From the IMG/VR virus record IMGVR_UViG_3300021373_001027, positions 1,381 to 65,380 of that record: a stretch of 64,000 bases of DNA; one strand, 5' to 3'. Under the pieces are notes generated by a model that worked only from the letters and a program-made list of their open reading frames with translations, searched no databases and had not been told where the DNA came from. A program made the translations under genes and the position numbers. Position 1 is the first letter of the stretch; every line of letters starts with the position of its first letter. Shown here piece by piece: positions 44,354-53,700 of this stretch. Origin of the DNA: a virus. Taxonomy: Duplodnaviria; Caudoviricetes.

Positions 44354-45904
44354 ATGCAAGGAGACTGCATGGAGATTATAAAAAATAAAGCACTTAAGCT
44401 TAAAGTTAAGCATCCAAACCGAATCACTGAAGTTATACCAAAAAGCAAACAGGTGTCCACGCACGAAGTTCTGGTTAATTGGGGCTTACCGGAAACCAAG
44501 ATACTGCGGAATTTAAACATAAACGCCCCCTCCCCAATCGAACGTCAGTACGCTTGGACAGGCAAGTACACACCGTTCGATCATCAAATTACAACCTCAG
44601 CATTCTTTACCATGCACCGCAAATGCTTCTGCTTCAACGAAATGGGTACAGGTAAAACGGCTAGTGTGATATGGGCTTCAGATTTCCTGCTTAATAAAAA
44701 AGAAATTAACAGAGTACTCATTGTATGCCCGCTGTCCATCATGGACTCTGCGTGGCGTGCCGATCTGTTTACTTTTGCGATGCACCGGAAGGTGGACATT
44801 GCTCACGGTACACCGACTAAACGCCGAGCAATCATTAAAGGTGATGCAGAGTACGTCATTATAAATTACGAAGGTATTGAAATTGTCCGTGACGAAATTA
44901 TCAACGGCGGGTTTGACCTTGTTGTAATTGATGAAGCAAACGCATACAAGAACGCTAAGTCTAAACGGTGGAAGATACTAAACAGTTTACTGAATAAAGA
45001 TACACGACTATGGCTAATGACAGGTACACCCGCAGCGCAGTCCCCGCTTGATGCCTATGGTTTAGCAAAGCTAGTCAATGCTTCGGCAGTACCTCAGTTT
45101 TTCGGATCGTGGCGTGATCAAGTAATGAACAAAATCACTCAGTTCAAGTACGTGCCGAAAGCCGATGCCACGGATACAGTGTTTAGGGTATTGCAACCAG
45201 CAATACGGTTCACCAAAGCCGAATGCCTTGATCTGCCAGAAGTTACGATGGTCAAACGTAAGGTAGACCTGACGCCGCAGCAAGCTAAGTATTATAAAGA
45301 CATTAAAAATAAGATGGTCATAGCCGCTGATGGTGAAGAAGTTACCGCCGCTAACGCCGCTATTGTGATGAACAAACTACTGCAAATTAGCTCCGGTGCT
45401 GTCTACAGTGACAACGGTGAGTCCCTGATGTTTGATATAAAGAACAGGTACAAAGTTCTCAAGGAGGTCATAGACGAGTCAAGTCAAAAAGTTTTAGTCT
45501 TTGCTCCCTTCAAGCATGTAATTAGCTCCCTAACTGATAAGCTACGCGCAGATGGCTTGTCGTGTGAGATTATTTCCGGTGACGTTAGCGCGTCCAAACG
45601 CACTGAGATATTTAAAACGTTTCAACAAAACCCCGACCCTCAAGTGCTGATAATTCAACCACAAGCAGCCGCACACGGTGTTACGTTAACCGCAGCCAAC
45701 ACAGTTGTTTGGTGGGGGCCAACGTCCTCCCTAGATATTTTCTATCAAGCCAACGCTAGGATTCACAGAGCAGGGCAAAACCACAAGTGTACAGTGGTGC
45801 AGCTAAGTGGATCAGCGATTGAAGATCATGTTTACTCTTTGTTGGATCAAAGAATTGATGTTCACTCAAAAGTTGTCGATCTTTATAAACAATTACTTGA
45901 CTAA
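44354..45904 (+). CDS. SNF2-family helicase
   Basis: EMGTGKT, DEAN, MTGTP, HGVTLT, QANARIHRAGQ; start probably at MEIIK. Confidence 0.88.
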   Translation: MQGDCMEIIKNKALKLKVKHPNRITEVIPKSKQVSTHEVLVNWGLPETKILRNLNINAPSPIERQYAWTGKYTPFDHQITTSAFFTMHRKCFCFNEMGTGKTASVIWASDFLLNKKEINRVLIVCPLSIMDSAWRADLFTFAMHRKVDIAHGTPTKRRAIIKGDAEYVIINYEGIEIVRDEIINGGFDLVVIDEANAYKNAKSKRWKILNSLLNKDTRLWLMTGTPAAQSPLDAYGLAKLVNASAVPQFFGSWRDQVMNKITQFKYVPKADATDTVFRVLQPAIRFTKAECLDLPEVTMVKRKVDLTPQQAKYYKDIKNKMVIAADGEEVTAANAAIVMNKLLQISSGAVYSDNGESLMFDIKNRYKVLKEVIDESSQKVLVFAPFKHVISSLTDKLRADGLSCEIISGDVSASKRTEIFKTFQQNPDPQVLIIQPQAAAHGVTLTAANTVVWWGPTSSLDIFYQANARIHRAGQNHKCTVVQLSGSAIEDHVYSLLDQRIDVHSKVVDLYKQLLD

Positions 45905-45925
45905 CTCACAGCCCTCACCTATATT
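45897..45925 (+). promoter_or_regulatory. Sigma70-type promoter
   Basis: TTGACT-17bp-TATATT. Confidence 0.6.
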
Positions 45926-45968
45926 AACCAACCCCGAGCATTTTTCGGTGCGATGAAAGGAGAGTAAA

Positions 45969-46361
45969 GTGGACGTTTCTGTAGAGAAGTTAACCGGTAT
46001 TTACCTAAAAATAAAATCCAAACGAGACGTACTGTCTCGTGATTTCAAGCAAGAAGATGAACGTTTGAAAGTTCAACAAGACGCGATCAAGCAACGCCTT
46101 CTTGATTACTGCAAAGCGAACGAGATTGAGTCTGTTCGTACCGAAGCTGGTACGTTTTATCGTTCTATCAAAACTAAGTTCTGGACAAGTGATTGGGAGT
46201 CTATGCACAAGTTTATTCTTGAGCATGAAGTTCCTGAGTTTTTAACGAAGTCTTTGAACCAAGCTAATGTTAAGCAATTCATGGACGAAAACCCTACCCT
46301 TGTACCCGCAGGACTCAACGTTGATTCTGAGTATGTGGTATCCGTAAGAAAAGCAAAATAG
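45969..46361 (+). CDS. Conserved replication-module protein
   Basis: RBS AAGGAG; SVRTEAGT...DW...FI...PAGLN pattern. Confidence 0.65.
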   Translation: MDVSVEKLTGIYLKIKSKRDVLSRDFKQEDERLKVQQDAIKQRLLDYCKANEIESVRTEAGTFYRSIKTKFWTSDWESMHKFILEHEVPEFLTKSLNQANVKQFMDENPTLVPAGLNVDSEYVVSVRKAK

Positions 46362-46371
46362 GAGGTTATAA

Positions 46372-46647
46372 GTGACCGACAAAAAGCAAACATCAACCAG
46401 TCCTTTTGAAACCACAGAAGGCGTGGCTGAGTATTTTAACGTGTCCGTATGGACAGTTAGAGACTGGGTTAAACGTGGCATCATACCTGCCTCGGCTTAT
46501 ATAAAGGTAGCTAAAACTACTCGCTTTAAGCTGGATCAAGTTGAAGCTGCCTTGGTATCAGTAATGTCTGTAGATGAACCTGAACCCGAACAAGCTGTTG
46601 AGCAAGAAGAATCTGTTGAACACGAAAACACCATTTACCTTGACTGA
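46372..46647 (+). CDS. Helix-turn-helix DNA-binding protein (excisionase/MerR-like)
   Basis: VAEYFNVSVWTVRDWVKRG...RF. Confidence 0.75.
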   Translation: MTDKKQTSTSPFETTEGVAEYFNVSVWTVRDWVKRGIIPASAYIKVAKTTRFKLDQVEAALVSVMSVDEPEPEQAVEQEESVEHENTIYLD

Positions 46648-46658
46648 GAGAAGTTATT

Positions 46659-47552
46659 ATGAGTACAAACATGACAACGTGGAAAGACGGCCTTGGTGCA
46701 AACCTAAAGGATTTTGAGGACGCCAGCACTAACCTTTCGGATGCAAGTGGCGGTAGTAAGTCACGACGCATTAGTGTAAACGGTAGCCGCTTTAGAAAGA
46801 TGGTGGGTGGTGAGCAAGTTGAGGTTAGTAACTCATCCTCAATGAACATCATCATCGTAAACGCCGCGCCAGTATCCCGTACCTTCTACGCAGGAAACTA
46901 TGATCCAGAAAACCCCGCCCCTCCCGCTTGTTGGTCGCAGGACGCAAACGCAGGTATCCCTGCTAAAGATGTTACCGATGAAGGCAGACAGTCCTCACGT
47001 TGCGGCGATTGCCCTCAGAACGTCAAGGGGTCGGGCCAAGGTCAGTCTCGCGCTTGTCGCTTTAATCAACGATTGGCCGTTGCCATCGAAGGTGATTTAG
47101 ATAACATCTATCAGCTTCAGCTTGCGGCGACTAGCATCTTTGGACAGGCTGTTAATGGCAATATGCCGATGGGTGCGTACGCTAAGTACTTAAAGGAACA
47201 CAGTGCGCCAGCTTCAGCCATTGTTACGCAAATGTATTTTGATGAAAGCGCTTCTGTACCTAAGCTGTTTTTCAAACCGGTACGCCCCTTGGACGAAGAT
47301 GAGCTTAATACAATAAGAGGCAAGCTTAAGTCTGAAGATACTATGCGTGCCATTGAGCTTACTGTCGCTCAGACTGATGGGGTAGATACGAAACCTAAGC
47401 TTGAAGCACCCGCAAAAGAAGCTCCGAAGAAAGTTGCCCCTAAAGAGGAAGTTATTGAAGAACCCAAGAAGGCAACCAAGCCTAGTGCTGCTGTTAACAA
47501 AGAAAGTTTGGATTCAGCACTGGACGAAGTGATTGATGAATGGGACGATTGA
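46659..47552 (+). CDS. ssDNA-binding/annealing protein-like
   Basis: Cys cluster, K/E/P linker and acidic EWDD tail; upstream of primase. Confidence 0.55.
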   Translation: MSTNMTTWKDGLGANLKDFEDASTNLSDASGGSKSRRISVNGSRFRKMVGGEQVEVSNSSSMNIIIVNAAPVSRTFYAGNYDPENPAPPACWSQDANAGIPAKDVTDEGRQSSRCGDCPQNVKGSGQGQSRACRFNQRLAVAIEGDLDNIYQLQLAATSIFGQAVNGNMPMGAYAKYLKEHSAPASAIVTQMYFDESASVPKLFFKPVRPLDEDELNTIRGKLKSEDTMRAIELTVAQTDGVDTKPKLEAPAKEAPKKVAPKEEVIEEPKKATKPSAAVNKESLDSALDEVIDEWDD

Positions 47553-47601
47553 CCTGACCCCCGCCCCTGCTATGTGAGCGGGGGCATATTTGGAGACACA
47601 C

Positions 47602-50439
47602 ATGATCGCTTTAGATTTCTTTAAGGCGGTGCTGGGGGACTCTGGTTGGTATTGCGCGTTTAGTAAAGACCCAATAGTGCAAAAGTTCTATACAACAATA
47701 GAAGAACTTGACCACGTAACTAAACAGTTTAGCCAGAACAACAAAGATTCCTACTTCGCACTAGCTACATTTAAAAACGGGGACTCAAGGGAAAGCATCA
47801 ATGCCCTACAGATTAAGTCTTTCTTTGTAGACATTGACGCAGACCACGGAGCCATACGCTACGATAATAAACAGGAGGCCGTTTCAGAGTTAAGAGGTTT
47901 CTGTAAAGCTTTTGCTTTACCCAAGCCTGTCATTGTAGATTCGGGTGGAGGGATTCACGCTTATTGGATTCTTGATGAGCCTGTCTCAATGGACGAGTGG
48001 AAGCCGGTAGCTCTCAGCTTTCGGCAAGCTTGTATTGATCACGGTCTACGCATTGATCCTAAAGTCACAGGTGACGGCGGCAGGGTGTTAAGGACACCCA
48101 ATACGTATAACACTAGGTCAGATACGTATAGCAAGTTTTTAAGTGACACTGTTAACTACATACCCTTTTCCCTGTTTGCTGATAAGTTCGATACAGCGCC
48201 CGCGCCGGTACTGGTATCAAACAACATTGACCAAGCAGACAGCGCTTTGCTTAACTTACTGCAAAGTAACGTACAGGGTAGCTTCACCAAAATAGAAGAA
48301 AAGAACGAAGCCGGTGAAGGTTGTGCACAGCTAGACTACATACTCAAGCACCAAGACGAAGTTAGCGAACCGCTTTGGCGTGCAGGGTTGTCTATTGTAA
48401 AGTTTTGTGACGAGTACGATGAGGTAATGCATCGTATGTCAGAAAATCACCCTGAGTATGATGCGGGTGAAACTGAGTACAAGTTATCAAGAATCAAAGG
48501 CCCGTACAGGTGTAGCTCTTTTGAAGAAGAACGCCCTGAAGGTTGCGAAGGTTGTCCCCATAAAGGGCAGATAAACACCCCTTGGTCGCTGGGCATGAAG
48601 ATAGCTGAAGCCGAGGGCGAGGAAGTTGTCTCTGATTTGTTTGACGACCAAATAAGCTATGTGATTCCTGAGTACCCTAAACCCTACTTTAGAGGATTGA
48701 ACGGTGGCATATATATCCGTTCACAAACTCTAGCCGACGACGAGCCTGAAGAACGTTTGGTTTACCATAATGACTTATATGTAACCCGAAGAATACGTGA
48801 CCCAGAACTAGGCGAGTCTATTATTGTTACCTTAATTTTACCCCAAGATGGTAAAAAAGAGTTTGTATTACCGTTGACCGCTGCAACGTCACGCGAAGAA
48901 TTTAGAAAAGCTATGTCCCATCACGGCGTAGTTATGATGAAAATGGAAAACCTTATGGCCTATATACAGAAGTGGGTGGAGGAACTGCAATTGAAAAGCA
49001 AAGCTGATGAATCTAGGCGACAGTTTGGTTGGACTAAGAATTTAGAAGGTTTTGTAGTCGGGGCCGAAGAAATTACCAAAGACGAGATACTGATAAACCA
49101 CCCTTCGCCACCCACAGCTAGATTCTTTCCAGCGTTTGAACCTAAAGGCTCTTACGAGGACTGGCAAGTGATGATCGAAACTTACAATCGCCCTGATCTT
49201 GATGTGCACCAATTCTGTTTAGCCTTCTGTCTAGGATCGCCTCTGTTTGAGTTTATACCGAAGATTCAAGGCGGCGGTGTCCATTTGTTCAGTGGTGATA
49301 GCGGGTTTGGCAAAACGTCTGTCATGGACGCAGGGAACTCTATTTGGGGTGGCCCTAGCTTGCGAATTAAGGGCAAGGATACAGGCAACTTTACAATGAA
49401 CAGAGCAGAGATATGGAAAAACCTACCTTTGCTGATAGATGAAGTAGGAGATGTACCACCTCACGAACTAAGCGCACTCGCTATGGTTATGACGGACGGT
49501 GAGCAGAAAGGTCGAATGTCTAGCGGGGCCAATCAAGAGCGCATTAGGGGTGAGCCTTGGTCGCTAGGTGTAATGACCAACGGTAACAATAGCTTTATTG
49601 AACGTGTTTCTACCTTTAAGAACGTACCGCGTGCTGAAGCGCAGAGGATTCTAGAGTGGGAATGCGACGGTGTTAACTTCAATAAAAATGCTGAAGGGGG
49701 AGAAGAATCGGACAGGTTCAACGACCTTCTTGAGAAGAACTACGGGTGGGCTGGCCCGATATTCATTAGATATATATTAAGTAACAAGGAAGAAGTACAG
49801 AAACTTGTTACCAAGACGAGTCAAGTGCTTAACAAAAAGCTAAGGTTGGCAGTGCAAAATAGGGTTTGGAAAGCCAACCTAACCGTTGCAATTGCTGCGA
49901 ATATCATAGCTAACCGCCTTGGCATCTGGACATTCGATACCAATTTAATGCTGGCTACGAGTGCCAAAATCGTTAAGTATAATCGTGAAAAAGTGGTGAC
50001 AATTACCCGCAATGCAACAGAAACGTTGAACGAGTATGTGGCAGAGAATATACGTAATATATATATCATTAACAGCAAGAAGGATTTACGTAAGCAAGGC
50101 ATTCACAACAACGCATTGGACAGCTTGGTAAAGACCGTTGACCCTTACAAAGTGGTAGGTCGGCTAGAGCCTGATACTGAAATGCTGTACTTAGCCGTTA
50201 GTCCTCTACGCAAATGGTGCTTGGATCAAAGAGTGAATTACTCTGAGTTAGATCGTGACCTGTGCCGAAACCATAACGCCTATAGAAAGAACAAGCGCCT
50301 ATTGGCGGGACACAATCTTGACACCGGCCCAGTAAAAGCTCTATGGGTTAACGTTAAGGATATTCTAGACTTGGAAGATGAAGATGCACTACGTGAACTG
50401 GAAAAAATAGCAAGCCTAACAGAAGATGAAAACGATTAA
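47602..50439 (+). CDS. Primase-helicase (RepB/AEP-like primase, Cys cluster, DUF927-like ATPase)
   Basis: VDID, SGGGIHAYW, RVLR.P, CxxCPH, Walker A GDSGFGKT, LLIDE; start re-called at ATG after GGAGA. Confidence 0.8.
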   Translation: MIALDFFKAVLGDSGWYCAFSKDPIVQKFYTTIEELDHVTKQFSQNNKDSYFALATFKNGDSRESINALQIKSFFVDIDADHGAIRYDNKQEAVSELRGFCKAFALPKPVIVDSGGGIHAYWILDEPVSMDEWKPVALSFRQACIDHGLRIDPKVTGDGGRVLRTPNTYNTRSDTYSKFLSDTVNYIPFSLFADKFDTAPAPVLVSNNIDQADSALLNLLQSNVQGSFTKIEEKNEAGEGCAQLDYILKHQDEVSEPLWRAGLSIVKFCDEYDEVMHRMSENHPEYDAGETEYKLSRIKGPYRCSSFEEERPEGCEGCPHKGQINTPWSLGMKIAEAEGEEVVSDLFDDQISYVIPEYPKPYFRGLNGGIYIRSQTLADDEPEERLVYHNDLYVTRRIRDPELGESIIVTLILPQDGKKEFVLPLTAATSREEFRKAMSHHGVVMMKMENLMAYIQKWVEELQLKSKADESRRQFGWTKNLEGFVVGAEEITKDEILINHPSPPTARFFPAFEPKGSYEDWQVMIETYNRPDLDVHQFCLAFCLGSPLFEFIPKIQGGGVHLFSGDSGFGKTSVMDAGNSIWGGPSLRIKGKDTGNFTMNRAEIWKNLPLLIDEVGDVPPHELSALAMVMTDGEQKGRMSSGANQERIRGEPWSLGVMTNGNNSFIERVSTFKNVPRAEAQRILEWECDGVNFNKNAEGGEESDRFNDLLEKNYGWAGPIFIRYILSNKEEVQKLVTKTSQVLNKKLRLAVQNRVWKANLTVAIAANIIANRLGIWTFDTNLMLATSAKIVKYNREKVVTITRNATETLNEYVAENIRNIYIINSKKDLRKQGIHNNALDSLVKTVDPYKVVGRLEPDTEMLYLAVSPLRKWCLDQRVNYSELDRDLCRNHNAYRKNKRLLAGHNLDTGPVKALWVNVKDILDLEDEDALRELEKIASLTEDEND

Positions 50440-50629
50440 CCCTGATGGGGTTTTAGTAAACGTTTACTGGGAAGCCGCTGTTCGCGGCAGCTCTTTTTTT
50501 ATACCCTGCATAAACGTAAGCAAGGCTAAACTGCAAGTTAAAAGAGTAGCTAAAGACAAAGAGTTAAGTATAAAGAGCAAGACTGTAATTGAGCATGGTA
50601 TTATTGGGTTGCGTGTTTGGATTCAATAA
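50426..50629 (+). CDS. Small conserved protein at end of replication module
   Basis: GSSFFIPC...GLRVW pattern. Confidence 0.65.
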   Translation: MKTINPDGVLVNVYWEAAVRGSSFFIPCINVSKAKLQVKRVAKDKELSIKSKTVIEHGIIGLRVWIQ

Positions 50630-50638
50630 GGATATAAT
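50609..50638 (+). promoter_or_regulatory. Sigma70-type promoter with no downstream CDS
   Basis: TTGCGT-18bp-TATAAT. Confidence 0.55.
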
Positions 50639-50643
50639 CGGAT

Positions 50644-50715
50644 ACCGCTTTTGTCATGGGGAGCGGTTATTCATGGTAGTCTCCTTACTTTGCCCCCTAC
50701 TTAGGGGGCTTTTTT
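50644..50715 (+). ncRNA. Candidate trans-acting small RNA antisense to early-gene translation starts
   Basis: Promoter, 5' hairpin, core TATTCATGGTAGTCTCCTTA, terminator; core complementary to 34252-34272, 36008-36023, 34856-34869, 37165-37182. Confidence 0.6.
50692..50715 (+). terminator. Rho-independent terminator at the convergence of the two arms
   Basis: GCCCCCTA-CT-TAGGGGGC followed by T6. Confidence 0.8.
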
Positions 50716-53700
50716 ATAGCTCCAAGGCTGACTTAGCAAGTTCCGCTTCAGTTTTGTCCCTGTATCGTATACCCATAACTCTATCTTCAACGGCCTTCAT
50801 TCTAGCTCTAAATGATCGGTCAAAGGTTCCGTTTTCGCCAAGCTTAATTGCAAACTTAGAGTTTGCTGGTAACGACTTGTTAAACTCTACAGCTTCCTTA
50901 AGCTCATCGGCGTAACCTGCACCGTCACCAACGCGGTACGCAAGCCAAGCTCTCTTTAAGATCAATGATCTTCGTTCTGCTCGGTTACCTTCTATGTACT
51001 TCTGGTTAGATATAAACCTCTGAGACTCTGTGACTTCTGTAGGTGCAAAGCCAATAACTTGCCCGAACAACGATAGCACTCCGAAATCATCGGTGATCAT
51101 ATCCCCGCTAGTGGTTTTAGCTCCATCCGATCTGTACCTGTTAGCTTTAAGCGCGTTGCTAATTGCAGGGGGCAATATAGCTTCCCACATTCTTCCCCAA
51201 TCACCTCTCTGATAAGAACTGTAGCCTCTTGGAATACGCGATACGGTTCCCCATACAGGGCCAAGCGCTAAGGTAGCGTACAGTTCGGCGGGTGTTTGAT
51301 CGTAGTTACGGTTGCTGCGGTAGAGCATATCCGTAAGTGCAATCCTGTCGGCAACGTTTACACCCAAAAGACTATTCACAACACCAGACGATGCACCAAT
51401 GCCAATTCGCTTACGTAGCATGTTATCAAAATCGTCTTCTTCACCATCACTTAAAAACAAATTGTAAAGAGCAGCAAAAATACCCATCAGCGGGATGCCT
51501 CTTACTCCCGCAAACGCAGCCGATGCGAGGTAGACGTTAAATATCTGATCCCTCGCTGCCTTCCTAATCTCAGGGGTTTCTCCCGCTAGCATATCCTTTG
51601 CCATCTTAAACTGTAGATACATCATGCGTGAGCCATAGCTCTTATACATAAAGGCCATTGACATTAGCGGTTTTTGCCCAAAGCGCGTGTTAGACAAGGT
51701 GGACATTGCACCGTTCACCATCTGACTATCACTAATGGCATCTAGCGCGGCCTTCTCGTAATCTATCTTATCTCCCGCCTTCCTTTGATCCTCCAACCTA
51801 AACCTATAGCTGGCTAGAATCGTAGCTTCCCTTCGCACTCGTTCACTGCTTGACATGAGTGAACCCATTAAGTTGTTCAAAACAGACATGAATCTGTTTT
51901 CACCTGTCATTTCGCCGCTGTCTGATCTAAGTGCAAGTTGGTGAACTTGGCCGTATTGTCGCATGGCCTCAACAAGCGGTCTTAGTTCTCGCGAGTTTTT
52001 ATCGTTACCGCTTAAGTCCATATTAACCAGCGAATACCACGCCCCTATCTTACGCGTATCTCTTTCTCCAAGACCTTTTTCTTTAATCTCTTTGTCGCTA
52101 AGCCCTTTAGTGGTGTAGCTTTCCACCGAGGTCTTAAACGGCGTACTCATAACGTCTTTTACAGCTTTTAAAACGGCCTTATTGGTTTCCACAATGCCTC
52201 TGTCAAACTTAGAATTAAGATGCGGGGCAATAACCATCGGTAACGCAAAGGTATCAATAAGCGCTGAAGATACGTTCAAGCCCAGAGTCCAACCATACGC
52301 CGCTGTCTTAGCATAGTTAGCCATGTCCGTTACGGTTCCCGTAATAGGGTTACGTGCTAGTGCTATTCTCTTTTTCAGTTCTTCGCCTATGATTAGCTTT
52401 CTTTCGTTTTCTGCACTGTTGTTATCCGATGCAATAATCTTCATTTCAGCATCAAGCTCAGCTTCAGTTCTAGAAAGCTCATCCCTCATCTTCATGCTGT
52501 TTATCTTTCTTGCAAGATCAGTCAACGAAGACTCATAGACCTTAACAACATCATTGTTGTATCCAGCTTTACCTGTACGTTTCTTTAACGCATTCAATAC
52601 AGTTCTTTGCGGAGCGGCTTCGATAGCTGTTCGTATAAGTTCTTCTTTGATTGCCTCAGTTTCAGGTGTATCGCCTAACCTGTTAATAAGCTGTAAACTT
52701 TTACCCACAAAGCTGTAAGGTATTCTATCGCCAGTCAGGTAGTCCGTTAGCTTTGTGGGTGTTCTGATAAGGTCAACCTGTGCTGGTTCTAGCAGGTTTT
52801 CTTTAAGAAACTCTACACGCGCATCCCGTTCGGTTGAGCTAGTGAACATCTCAAACGCATCTCTCGTCTTGCCGTCTGCGTCAGTAAAAGTGAAAGACAG
52901 AAGATAATCACCTCTACGCTGCAAAGGGAAGTATCCTTCAAGCGCGTTGTTCTTAAAGTGTTCGTACAATTCGCTGTATATCTTACTACCCGTCTCAGGG
53001 TCAATCGCCCCCAATGCCACCTCTAACTGCTTAAGCAGGTCTTGATACATGCGGTCATAGTTAGACCTAACCTTATTGTATTCAAGCTGCCCTCCGTTGT
53101 CCTTCAAGCGATTCCATACAGGTTCTAGCTTTTCGTATGCCGCTTTCTGTTCACCTCTGTACTCATTCTTAGCTTTTCTAAAGTCAATCTGAGCCAAAGT
53201 GCCGTCCAGTAAAACCTGCTTTAAATCGCTTAAAGCTTCAGTGTTTTGCTTTCCCCACACTTGCAAGTCTTTTGCAGCAGTTTCCGCAATTGCTTGCTGA
53301 TCGCCATACAACCGACCTTCGTACTCACTGATTGTCGTAAGTATGCGATCAGCCGACTTAAAGCTATCCTTAGCTGTATCAACGACTAAAGATAACTGTA
53401 AAGAACCTAGCATGGGGCCGAGGCTTGCATTGCTAAGCCTTCTAAGTGCACTCATCCCAACGGCTTTTGTTGTTGAGCCTCCATCGAACAACCCAAGCAC
53501 TTTATTGTTGTCAGTGAGCAAGTTATAAACTTTACCAGTAGCAGCGGTGGCGCTGGGAGCAAGCAACTGTTCCATTGTATCGTTAAGGTCACGACGCGTT
53601 GCTACGTTTCCAAACAAACGTTTTATTGCGTCTGTCAAGCGTTGAAACATACTTTGTCGTTGCTTATCACTAGGTAGCATGAAGCTGAGTTCCCTGCGAA

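Noticed and set aside
46372-46647. Excisionase implying lysogeny
   Set aside because: No integrase, repressor or att site seen; such HTH proteins are common in lytic replication modules.
50655-50687. Minus-strand RBS and ATG as a gene start
   Set aside because: Gives only a 6-codon peptide (MNNRSP); kept only as the alternative to the sRNA model.
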